Counted from the stretch's first letter, positions 1-10,711 are shown. The stretch is 64,000 nucleotides of DNA from Octopus vulgaris (GCA_951406725.2 OX597815.1:111972001-112036000), one strand, 5' to 3'. Notes: generated by a model not told the origin, from the letters alone. A program made the numbers and translations.

Positions 1-717
1 TTATACACTTTGATAAAACAGTTGCTCCCGCAAAGCAAACAGAACTAAACTTGGCACCCTACGTAGGTTCAATTTTGGTAACACAAACAGGACAGTGAAA
101 ACAAACAGTCGTGTCCTTGTCGGTGGAAATTGTACATCGACAGAGGTAACTGTGGCCCCTGCCAGTGCGATGAAGGATGATTTTGTGATTTTCTTTCACA
201 AGTGAGGGGTGATATAGAGGTTCTTAAAGAAGCTGGAGGGCCGGGGGGAGGAGACCCTGCCCTGGATTGGCCTCTGCAGGTAACTGCTGAGGTCCTAACG
301 GACGTTGAAATGTTCGATGTGATGGACTCCGATCTGAAGGATAAGAATAGGTTCGCCTTTTGGGGCACCGACCTGGAACTACAGGATTGCCTGCAGGAGA
401 CATATAGCCTGGTCGAAGAGAGAGGATAAGAGGCCTTAGTTCCTCAATTTTTATTGTTGCATTGTGTGTATTCCTTGGTAAGCGGCTCAATTTGAAAAGA
501 CGATTACGTCAATTATTATTGAACTGAGGTAAAAGGTTTAATACCTCATTTGTTTCTTTTGTTTTTAAGAACAATGTTTTAGGGAATGAAACAATTGGCG
601 GGCATTGTTTGCTTCTCCCGTCAACCATTTCTTTCATTTCATCATCATCGTGTCCTCGTCCAGCCCGCAGTTACTCCTTCCGTGTGTAATGACTTTATGG
701 CAAATCGAACGAAGTAA

Positions 718-1050
718 AGTAGATTGCTTACCAAATATATGGTTCAAGGTACTATAGCCTCTACCAAAGCCTCGTGAGTGAATTTGGGAGACGGAAACTG
801 AAAGTAGCCCGTCGTATATGTAAATGTGTGTGTCTGTCTGTATTTGTGTGTGTGTTTGCGCTTGTCCTCCCACTGTCACTTGACGACCGACGTTGATGTG
901 TTTTATCCCCGTAAGTTAGCGATTCGGCAAAAGAGACTGATAGAATAAGTACTAGGCTTTCAAAGAATAAGTCCTGCGTCCGAGTTGTTCGACTGAAGTT
1001 GCAGCATAGCCTCAATCAGATGACTGATACAAATAAAAGAATAGAAGAAT
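718..1050 (+). mobile_element. SINE family A (octopus-type tRNA-derived SINE with internal TG/TA microsatellite), decayed head
   Basis: Shares blocks gtgagtg(g/a)atttgg..acggaaactgaaag..gcccgtcg, ccccgtaa.ttagcg.ttcggcaaaagagac.gatagaataagtactaggc and an aaaaga tail with copies at 12276, 45148 and 60600. Confidence 0.8.
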
Positions 1051-1114
1051 ATATGTATATGTACGTATGTATATGTTTATATAGATGTATATATATATAA
1101 ATTTATATATATGT

Positions 1115-1164
<50 letters not shown>

Positions 1165-1374
1165 ATATATGTGTGTGTATATATAAAAGAATAAGAATAT
1201 ATGTATATGTACGTATGTATATATTTATATAAATGTATATATATATGAATTTATATATATGTACGCCTATATATACATATATATACGTACATATATACAC
1301 ACATATATATATGTGTGTGTGTGTGCGTGTGTGTCTGTGCGTGTGTGTCTGCGCGTGTATTTATATGTGAGTGT

Positions 1375-1533
1375 GTCTGTATCCCCATCATCGCTTCACA
1401 ACCGATGTTGCCGTGTTTATGTTCTCGTATCTAGGCTTACAAAGAATAAATCCAGGGGTCGATTTCTTCGATTAAAGATGGTGCACCAGCATGGCCACAG
1501 TCACATTACCTAAAGAAGTAAAACAATAAAAAG
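1375..1533 (+). mobile_element. SINE family A, 3' half
   Basis: ccatcatcgctt.acaaccgatgttg ... ctaggcttacaaagaataa.tcc.ggggtcgattt ... ggtgcaccagcatggccacagtca. Confidence 0.75.
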
Positions 1534-1534
1534 C

Positions 1535-1576
1535 TATGCTATTTCAATCCAGAGCAACGTCGGGTATCTCTGCTAT
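1535..1576 (+). mobile_element. Helitron 3'-terminus relic
   Basis: ccagagcaacgtcgggtatctctgcta resembles the cgggcaacgccggg...CTAG end of the element at 2310-2743. Confidence 0.45.
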
Positions 1577-1620
<44 letters not shown>

Positions 1621-1622
<2 letters not shown>

Positions 1623-1742
1623 AAGTACATCTCGTTAGAAGCATGTGCGGTTCTAAGACTTGCATTCTCTAACTTTTATAACTGAAAAGTTAGAGAATGC
1701 AAGTCGGTAGAACCGCACATGCTTCTAACGAGATGTACTTCT
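1621..1742. repeat. Near-perfect palindrome (~57-bp arms, 7-nt loop)
   Basis: agaagtacatctcgttagaagcatgtgcggttcta-a-gacttgcattctctaactttt / ataactg / aaaagttagagaatgcaagtc-gg-tagaaccgcacatgcttctaacgagatgtacttct. Confidence 0.97.
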
Positions 1743-1753
1743 AGGATAACAAA

Positions 1754-1837
1754 GGCTGCTTACTGAAGAGTCTAGCCTTGGCAGATAAATTATATTTACT
1801 GCTAAAAAAAAGACGAAACTGCAGTATAAGATGAGCC
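1754..1837 (+). ncRNA. Type I hammerhead ribozyme (minimal stem III, palindromic loop)
   Basis: Stem I ggct-g-ctta / taag-atg-agcc; core CTGAAGA 1763-1769; stem II gtct/agac extended by ttggcag/ctgctaa and taaat/attta; GAAAC 1815-1819; loop TGCA; GTA cleavage triplet 1824-1826. Confidence 0.85.
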
Positions 1838-2018
1838 GAGTTTGTAAACGTTTTTGATTTTTCATTTCATTGAATTTATCCACTTTTTGTGTATCTAGTA
1901 CTTGCTTCTTCTTTTAGAGGCCTTTTAATGTACTTATATATGAATAACATATAGCCTAATGGCTAATTTGTCTTTTGTACTAGATCACCGGTAATAATAA
2001 TTTATTTTATTACCTTTT

Positions 2019-2054
<36 letters not shown>

Positions 2055-2309
2055 TGTGTTTTTTGCGACCTCCACGATAACAGAGTCAATTACGAATAAC
2101 AGCCAAAGGGAGACAATACTCTGTTGTTGACATAGATTCACGAAGTCTTTTCCATCTCCATTTTCTAGAGAGGCCACTTACCACAGAAGGCATGAAACAG
2201 AGAGTTTGGTGTCTGATATTATGCTGTGATTCTAAGAGCTTTATTGACCGTGAAACCCAAACACAGAGTAATCCCATGCACCAGTCTTATTTATCTTTAT
2301 ATATATATA

Positions 2310-2743
2310 CTAGCAACATATCCCGGCGTTGCCCGTGTATGTAAGAGCCCCTAGTAGGCAACGGCTAATCCCAATCTGGTCCGTTCCCTCTAGGGAACGA
2401 AGGCGCATGTGTAGGTTGCAATGTCTTCTCTTCACTCGAATACTTCTGTGTATACGATGTTCCTAGCTGTCCCTTTGGTCGATAAAAAGGTCGAGTTGCG
2501 TCCCCTAGACAGAAAATGTGTTGCATATAAAAGCTTAGATTCTCGACCCCATGTCGAATTTATCGATTTTTTCAGAAATGGGGGAACTTTTCAAAAATTT
2601 CGCTGCGTCAGTTTTGAATTATGACATTGGGCTATGTGTGTGTCAAGTTTCATCAGAATCGGTTGAAAGCCGTGTCCAGGGTGAGGGTACAACCTGACAG
2701 ACACACAGACAGACAAACTGCCGTTTATATATATATATATAGA
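2310..2743 (-). mobile_element. Non-autonomous Helitron
   Basis: Minus strand begins TC-TATATATA...AAACGGCAGTTTGTCTGTCTG and ends with the CGGGCAACGCCGGG hairpin then CTAG; sits between A and T with no TSD. Confidence 0.8.
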
Positions 2744-2746
2744 TAT

Positions 2747-2748
<2 letters not shown>

Positions 2749-2778
<30 letters not shown>

Positions 2779-2779
2779 G

Positions 2780-2864
<85 letters not shown>
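2749..2864. repeat. (GATA)n microsatellite
   Basis: Direct reading. Confidence 0.97.
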
Positions 2865-4104
2865 GGATTTACAAAAACATGTCAGTTAATTACAGTTTTT
2901 GGTTCTTTTTTCTACTTCAAACTGTCCGACGTAGGTAACAAAATTTTAATTAGAAACTATAATTTCCAAGTTTATCATCAATATAAACCAGTAGAATCCG
3001 ATGAAACTTGTTTTCTCCTGTTTTAAAATAATTTATGTCATAAATCTCCTCTTATACTAAATTTTATATATATATATTTAATGGGGAAACAATAAATTTA
3101 TCTGGAGAAATTTGCCAAAAGACTGGTAATGATGAACTATGCTCATCTGAATAGTAATCCAATCTATCTTTACAGACATACATAACGTGGACCGAAGATA
3201 TGTCTGGTGTGCTACGTGTAGAAACTGCCACTATAAATACATTGATATTACAGAATTTTTACTGAATGAAATGCCACGAGATATGTTTGAAGCATTGCGC
3301 TATAGGTCAAACTCTTTGGAAACAAAATTACGAATTATTTTTATCGTTCCAAATTAGAATTCGGTGACATGTCAAAATTGCAGCGTATATATATTACTCA
3401 AACTAAGTGATATAAATTTCACTGTCTCTTATCCTGATTACAATATCTTTCTAAATAAATTAATAATTGTTGGTAAGTTTCGCAATGCGCTAAGTTTAGA
3501 TAGATTGAATATTGACACGAATCTCGAGCAACATCCATTGTCATTAAGTAGTGGACATAATGAGATTCTCTGACAGATCATTCTTCTTGTTTAGAAACTT
3601 CACTTTGTACGAAAGGAAAGCTACTTCAATTTAAGCGTGAAGATGTAAACAGTATAAAATATTTTCAAAGTGAGTTTTATGCATGAAAATGACATATAAT
3701 ACAAATGTAAATTACTTGCTTGATTAATTTCGTAATCTTGCAATGATTTAGATAAAGATACTGGAACATTTAAATACCACTGGCACCTACTACATGAAGT
3801 AAGAAAAATATTTTCCCATTAGGGTGATTATCCACCCTCTCTCTCATTTCATTAGTAATTGTTCTCCCTCCCCATTCTCTCTCTCTCTATCTTACTCTGT
3901 AGTTCCCAACCGTAGTTCCCAGTTACATAAGTACGTTACTAAAACGCTATCTAAATTCCAAAAGCTGCACACAAAATTGATTTTAAGATGCCACGGTGAG
4001 ATGAAGGAAATAGGGTAACCATCGTAAGTCATTACGACATGATAAGCAGCTAGGATATACGCCCAGAGATCTCGCATTTACACCCAAAAAGAGCACGCGA
4101 AGTC

Positions 4105-4182
4105 TTGTATGTTGTTTCTACGGAAACCTTTCAAGATAAAGAACCTCATACATGGCGAATCCATACTGGAGAAAAGCCAAAA
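4105..4182 (+). pseudogene. Possible C2H2 zinc-finger relic
   Basis: cga atc cat act gga gaa aag cca = RIHTGEKP (4156-4179), preceded in another frame by RKPF..NLIH; single frameshifted finger. Confidence 0.35.
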
Positions 4183-4665
4183 AGATATATCTGATTATAC
4201 TTCTCAAACTCCTAACACGTAGTCTAATTTATGTTAGAGACTTTCCCTCTTCTTATCACTATTTCGCTCTCCTCCTCATTCATTTTCCCGCTGATAAGGA
4301 TAACGAGAATAGAAATTTCGATTGTATTTAAGTCGAATTTTAATTCTAGACTTAAATGACTCTGAAACTTTCCCCTACCTGCCTCTCTCCGTTTATTTTA
4401 TCCACTGTTAAATGAGAAAAAGAAAGAAAAAAAAAGCAAATCGATTATATTTAATTCATAATTTTTTTCAGGGACTAAAGACTAATTTCAAGTACTCAAT
4501 TTATGCTGTACTGAAGAGCCCTCAATGCAATATCTAATAAATGGAAACCTTATATCCTTTTTCTCTCATAGCGAAAAGATCTATCAAGTTAAAACAAATA
4601 TTAACTTAGAAGCGGTTTCATCCCCTTAAATAGAATATTCACCCTTCCTCATAGTAATCACTCTA

Positions 4666-4715
<50 letters not shown>

Positions 4716-6242
4716 TACAACTATAAACAATAGCAGCAGTAGTTCCTAATGAAATAACCACATGAGAGGAAAATAATATTTCATATTAGAAAAGATGAAG
4801 ATAGAGATATAATTTCAGACCAAACACCTCTTTTATGCTGCATCATAATCGGGCAGACAACGTCCAATAAAAAAATAAAATAACAGAGAAGATAAATTGA
4901 TGTTTAGTGTAGGCAAAATCCTGAGTAGTCTTCGTGGAAAGTTATTCTATATTCTAAGCCTGGCTTTAGACACAGACTTTGGGGAGAATCTTCCTTCATA
5001 TCAATAGAAAATTATTATCCATTACATACATTTAGTTGTTAACAAGAAAACTTACCTCTAATGAACCTTCGCTAATCAAGAGCAGAAGATAGCTTCTAAA
5101 TGCATGATCAATAAATGACATAAGATTCTAACTCTGTGACAGAAAATATCGATTTGTCATAGTAATAAAGAATTTATCACCCACAACATCAGTTCTACAA
5201 ACTTTCCGTAATTAGAACTCTATTATAAACTATGACACAACTGCAAAAACCATTTATACGCTAACCGTAAGAAGGATAGTCATTAAATAAGACAATCTAA
5301 CAACAAATACAAATAAGGAATAGTTATGGAATATAAAAAAAAGTAACAGTAACGGTAACAGATGAAAAAACAATAGATCTTATATGGTTGTATCGGATTC
5401 GAAATAAAAGTCACGTACTGTTCTTGTAGACAGATGTGTTGAGGGGTAAATAATCCATCTGGTGTTGTGGATCAAGAGAATACCTAGGGTAAAATATGTA
5501 TGTGAGGCATGTGCAAATTTAGGTAGTTGAAGTCACTTTTTTATGAATGTATACATAGATAGCATGTCTACACCAATATTGTTATTATATCTTTATGTAC
5601 AGCGACTGATTTGGCTGGAGATTCGTGTGTCTCCGTATACCTTTGTTGGGGGACTTAAAATGTTCCCTTCAAATTTATAAATGAATCTAGGAGCTCTATC
5701 GATTTTTTGCACTATTTAAACTATATTTCCTTTTACACTTCGAATATATATCTTATATTACCCTTCTCTGAAGTGATCATTTTCGTTAGAACATTAATAG
5801 TAACAATCTCAATAATCTAAGACAACCCGCCAATACCACAATCACACTTCCTTCCTCAAAATTTATCAGTTAATAAAACTATCGGACATTATCTAAGTAG
5901 TTGCTGCTTGCGCAAGTGACTGCGAGACGAAATGCAAAAGAAGATGGTGTCGTTCGAAAGTGAACCTGCTTGCGTGTGCATGTACAATGAACATATGCAA
6001 CATACATATATCTATGAGAAACAATACCTGTGCTTCGAGTAACGTTTGCAAAAGAATGAAAGTGTTAACAGTGACAAAAAGAATGGGAACTGGAGAAATG
6101 GAAAGTTGCGACTGCTTTAGAAAATATTATTGATATCATATAACTTATAGTAATCATTAGTTGACACAAATCCTCTTGAATCGTGAAATCAATGGCACCT
6201 CAAGAACACAGACGCAATCACGTTCACACATAGACATATACA

Positions 6243-6291
<49 letters not shown>

Positions 6292-6382
6292 GAGAGAGAG
6301 AGAGATGTGGCGGAGAGATTGATAGATAGTTTGATAGACAGACAGACAGATGGCTAGAGAGAGAGATACACACATAGATACG

Positions 6383-6414
<32 letters not shown>

Positions 6415-6443
6415 AACCAGCACACCCAAAAACATATATATAT

Positions 6444-6478
<35 letters not shown>

Positions 6479-6480
6479 GG

Positions 6481-7266
6481 ACCGACATCTCCATTACCCT
6501 GTCTAAACAATCCCGCTACAAAACCAAATACGAAGCTATCGATGATCAAATCAGAGATGAAATATCCAAACTAACGACCGGCAATATAGCAGAAAAAATG
6601 CGAGAACTATGGATCAGAGATATCTCAAAAGAAGAAAGCAGATCAAGAAAGTTTTGGCAGCGGAGACAATTATTTCTCGACAAATATGCGACAAATTACG
6701 GTAAAGACACCAGAACTCCGAGAAATAGCATTAAAAGTGGACAACCTCACCAACGCAACATACACCAGAACACGTGGCAACATGAACACCCGTTTCACCA
6801 CGAATCGAAGACGAACTACGGTAAGAACTCTTCCCATTTTGTATGCAAACACCCTAATGCACACAACATGAACAAAAAGCACAAACAAAATAGATATTGT
6901 TTTGAACAAACCATTAGCAGTAGAAATAACAGGAGATCATTTTCAAGACCTCAACAGAGATTACCCACAAGAAACTGGACAAAAAACCGATCTAGATCTA
7001 GAAGTAAACCCAGATCATTTCTCCAGGTGGTTAAAAACAATGCTAACAAGAAATTGAAAAGTAGCATACATAATACCAAAAACAAGACAGAAAACATAAC
7101 GAAACCAAGTAAAGTACCACAACCAAAACGCAAAATTCATCAAGCAAACATCAACAGGAATATAAATCATAACCAGAAAAAAATCCATTTTTTTACGTCA
7201 GGACAACAAACACCGGAGAAAGAAAAAATCCAAGAGGAAACGTACCCCAAACAACTGAACGTATAG
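6481..7266 (+). CDS. PLE upstream ORF (basic, R/K/N-rich C-terminal half); open from the 5' truncation point, first ATG at 6598
   Basis: No stop in this frame from 6481 (TDISITLSKQSRYK...MRELWIRDISKEESRSRKFW) to TAG at 7264-7266. Confidence 0.6.
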   Translation, partial: TDISITLSKQSRYKTKYEAIDDQIRDEISKLTTGNIAEKMRELWIRDISKEESRSRKFWQRRQLFLDKYATNYGKDTRTPRNSIKSGQPHQRNIHQNTWQHEHPFHHESKTNYGKNSSHFVCKHPNAHNMNKKHKQNRYCFEQTISSRNNRRSFSRPQQRLPTRNWTKNRSRSRSKPRSFLQVVKNNANKKLKSSIHNTKNKTENITKPSKVPQPKRKIHQANINRNINHNQKKIHFFTSGQQTPEKEKIQEETYPKQLNV

Positions 7267-9500
7267 ATCCTAAAATAATTAATTTATCAAAAAGAGATCT
7301 TGACAATGATGAAATCCAACTTCTGTCAAAAGGACTGAAATTCACACCTACACCAACAGCCAACCACCAAGAATTAAAGGAGGATATCCAAAAATTCTGT
7401 CGAAAATTACGACTTGTAGAATTCTTCGCTAACAAAAGTAATGAGATTGATGAATCCCTAGTAAGGAATAAATCAAATTTCACCCCACCAAAAGGAAGAA
7501 ATAACTACCTTGACCAATACATTGATATCCTGTCTAAATTTCCCCTTAGACGCAATACCAATGTTAGGCCAAACATTAGCAAATCAGAGATGTCTGCATG
7601 TAAACGTATACAAAACGATCAAACAATAATAATTAAACAAGCAGATAAAGGTGGTGCAATTGTTATTATGGATACCGAATACTATAAGGATTTGGTTGAA
7701 GACCAACTGAAGGATACAACCTTCTATTGTGAAATACCCGCAAATATAGACCACCACATCATGAAAAAGATCAACAACCTGATTTCAACACACCACAACT
7801 CACTTACGGATAATGAAAAAGACTACATCACCAATTTTGAACCAAAACCCAGCAACTTCTACGGCTTACCAAAAATACACAAATCAAAAAACATTCAACA
7901 GGCAGTAAAAGAACAAGAAAGTGAGTACATAAAATTATTACATCCAAAAGACCTAAAACTTAGACCTATTACAGCTGGTCCAGCATGCCCTACACACCGT
8001 CTAAGCAATTTTATTGACAGTGTTTTGAAACCACTATGTACTTACATACCAAGTTTCATCAGGGATGACATCGACTTCCTGTCCCATCTTCCCAAAACAA
8101 CAGAAACAAATTCAGTTTTGCTAAGTTTTGATGTGGTAAGCCTCTACACCAATATTCCACACGATTTAGGAATAAAGGCGATTAAATACTGGTTAGAAAA
8201 ACATAGAGAAGTGATTCCCAGCAGATTCACAGTGCCATTTATATTAGACACAGTCAAACTTATTCTAGAAAATAACACATTCTTCTTCAATGGAAAGAAT
8301 TACATCCAAATTAGAGGCACGGCGATGGGAACGAGGTTTGCTCCCGTTTACGCCAACTCTGTAATGGGATACTTAGAAGAACAACTCTACCAAGAGGTGG
8401 AGGTAAACTATGGCACTGGATTTAGAAAGTATATTGAAAAGGCATGGAAGAGATACCTAGACGACTGTTTCATAATCTGGACAGAATCTCTAAATACTCT
8501 GGAAGAGTTCAATATCCTCCTGAACAACCTACACCCATCTCTCAAATTTACAAAGGAGATGAGTAGTACCAAATTACCATTCCTGGATATAATGGTAATT
8601 AAAAAAGACACCACCATCACCACAGATATATACTATAAACACACAGACACACATCAATACCTAAATTTTAAGTCGTGCCATCCACCACATACAAAACGTA
8701 ACATCCCATACTACCTAGCCAGAAGAATTTGTACTATTGTAGAAGATGCAAATATCAGGAACAAACGCCTAATAGAACTAAGAGAATTTTTGCTCAAACA
8801 AAAATACCCATCTCTACTTATAGAAAATGGCATACAGCGGGCTATAAAAATACCTATACAACAACTTAGGACAACCCAAGGAAGAGGAAAACAAGAACAA
8901 GTCATACCATTCATAGTGACACACAACCCATGTCACCAGAATATCTTCAACATTGCCAAAGCAAACCTTCCAATCATTGCCCAAAGTAATGAATTAAAAG
9001 ACATAATCAAGGATCGAGCTATGGTGCTTAGTAAAAGACAGCCTAAAATCTTGAAAACATTACTAACAAAGGCAAAATTTGACCTCAGCAACAAAGACCA
9101 AACATTCACGGTATCTAAATGCAATGATAGCCGATGTGGCACAAGCCAATTCATACATACCGGTCAATATATAAACACAAAAACCGGAAAAATATTCACA
9201 AACGCGAATATGAACTGCAAAAGCAGAAATTTAATTTACTGCATCAAATGCCCAAATTGTGAAGAAATATATGTAGGTCAGACGGGAAACGCACTATTAG
9301 AACGCTCACGTGTACACCGGCAACAGAAGAGAGACCCAGAGGTCCGTCAGATACCTTTGAGTAACCACCTAGCAACATGTGGTCGGAAAATATATATAAT
9401 ATTTCCATTCTACAAATTACACAGCCCAAGTGAAATCGAGAGGAAAATCAGAGAAAAGAATTTTATTGATAAATTCGAACCCAAGCTAAATAAGCAATAA
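7173..9500 (+). CDS. PLE reverse transcriptase-GIY-YIG endonuclease (frame open from 7173; first ATG at 7590)
   Basis: IINLS..LLSKGLKFTPTP; IIKQADKGGAIV; FYGLPKIHK; RPI; FDVVSLYTNIP; GTAMGTRFAP; RYLDD; LPFLD; YYKHT; linker CNDSRCGTS; NLIYCIKCPNCEEIYVGQT; REKNFI..F..KLN. Confidence 0.93.
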   Translation, partial: PEKNPFFYVRTTNTGERKNPRGNVPQTTERIDPKIINLSKRDLDNDEIQLLSKGLKFTPTPTANHQELKEDIQKFCRKLRLVEFFANKSNEIDESLVRNKSNFTPPKGRNNYLDQYIDILSKFPLRRNTNVRPNISKSEMSACKRIQNDQTIIIKQADKGGAIVIMDTEYYKDLVEDQLKDTTFYCEIPANIDHHIMKKINNLISTHHNSLTDNEKDYITNFEPKPSNFYGLPKIHKSKNIQQAVKEQESEYIKLLHPKDLKLRPITAGPACPTHRLSNFIDSVLKPLCTYIPSFIRDDIDFLSHLPKTTETNSVLLSFDVVSLYTNIPHDLGIKAIKYWLEKHREVIPSRFTVPFILDTVKLILENNTFFFNGKNYIQIRGTAMGTRFAPVYANSVMGYLEEQLYQEVEVNYGTGFRKYIEKAWKRYLDDCFIIWTESLNTLEEFNILLNNLHPSLKFTKEMSSTKLPFLDIMVIKKDTTITTDIYYKHTDTHQYLNFKSCHPPHTKRNIPYYLARRICTIVEDANIRNKRLIELREFLLKQKYPSLLIENGIQRAIKIPIQQLRTTQGRGKQEQVIPFIVTHNPCHQNIFNIAKANLPIIAQSNELKDIIKDRAMVLSKRQPKILKTLLTKAKFDLSNKDQTFTVSKCNDSRCGTSQFIHTGQYINTKTGKIFTNANMNCKSRNLIYCIKCPNCEEIYVGQTGNALLERSRVHRQQKRDPEVRQIPLSNHLATCGRKIYIIFPFYKLHSPSEIERKIREKNFIDKFEPKLNKQ

Positions 9501-9817
9501 TAATAATACTTAGAGGTATTACTTCCACTGCTACGACCATGACCACTAACAACAACAACAATACTAAAGGTGATCAAGACGAAGATAGCAGGAAAATTAT
9601 CTTATTTAGGGTTAAAAGTTCTATTGCCACCACCATCACCACTAGCAACAATAATTAAGGTGCTGACAATGATGATGATGACAATTGAAATATAAAAATA
9701 TAAAAATCTCTGACAAAGGATATTTACAACATTTCTAAAAATAACCCAACAATTGCTGCTTCGGCCAGGGTCAAGATACAGGACTCTTGACCTGTCCAAC
9801 AAAGCGTGATGCCTAAA

Positions 9818-9931
9818 CCAATCAGCTCAACCAACCAATCAGCTTAAGTAATTGAGTGATACTACACACTGATTGGTCAGAATACAGTTTGCAAAACCTA
9901 GCACTCTGGAGCCTACCCAGCTGTATTTATA
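9818..9931 (+). promoter_or_regulatory. PLE pseudo-LTR promoter candidate
   Basis: CCAAT at 9818 and 9835, ATTGG at 9872, TATTTATA at 9924, about 65 nt upstream of the hammerhead. Confidence 0.5.
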
Positions 9932-9994
9932 GCACAGAATCACTCATCTTGCTACAGTCAAAAATTGTGAAGCATGACTGTCAACACTACTACA

Positions 9995-10039
9995 TGAACC
10001 CGAAGATTGCAGAATTCAATGCATGAAAGTACTAGTTCA
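9995..10039 (+). ncRNA. Minimal type I hammerhead-like motif (U4C core variant)
   Basis: Stem I tgaac/gttca; core CCGAAGA; stem II tgca/tgca with gaattcaa loop and T-T closing mismatch; GAAA-GTAC-TA (AGTACT palindrome). Confidence 0.75.
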
Positions 10040-10201
10040 ATCAGAATGAATATTTAACATTCTACTATTTCATTTTATTTTATTCAATTATAATATATTA
10101 TCTTATAATATATCATTATAAGATTGTAAATAAAACGTGAAAATCAGACAAGGTTGGAATTCTTTTTATTAATATATTCTTCTATACACAATCACACACA
10201 C

Positions 10202-10265
<64 letters not shown>

Positions 10266-10604
10266 TGTGTGGGGAGTGCTTTTGTGTGTAACTTGTGTTT
10301 GTATGTGTAGTACAGGCACAGTCGCATATAAATATATGAGCGTATGCAGATATTTGTATGCGTGTGTGAAATAAAATGTGCTTACATTGCTATATAGTTT
10401 TTATCAATGTTAATAGCTACGTCTTTCAAAATATACATTTTACTTTAGTAATTCTGATTTCTCGCTGTTATGGGGATAATAGACACGCGCGTGCGCACAC
10501 ACATGCCCGGAAATTCACGTCTGCGTATATGTATATATATATAGTTAAATATGTATATATACACATACACATGTGTGTGTGTATATGTATATGTATACAC
10601 ACAG

Positions 10605-10711
<107 letters not shown>

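Larger units (their letters stand above)
1621..2022 (+). mobile_element. (TA)n-flanked non-coding PLE pseudo-LTR-like insert: fold-back head + hammerhead + AT-rich tail
   Basis: (TA)n on both sides; near-perfect inverted repeat 1621-1742; hammerhead fold 1754-1837; tail homologous to 24797-24885 (-). Confidence 0.7.
6479..10190 (+). mobile_element. Penelope-like retroelement (Neptune-type), 5'-truncated, with 3' pseudo-LTR, inserted in TA/CA microsatellite
   Basis: RT + GIY-YIG ORF, upstream ORF, and 3' region with CCAAT boxes, TATA-like box and hammerhead; microsatellites on both flanks. Confidence 0.92.

Noticed and set aside
1-660. GC-richer block with short ORFs (69-368, 202-429, 224-490)
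   Set aside because: No recognisable domain or splice structure; possibly decayed retroelement ORF1 running off the window edge, but unsupported.
1033-1265. ~75-bp local duplication of SINE tail plus TA-rich sequence
   Set aside because: Ordinary slippage duplication within a microsatellite.
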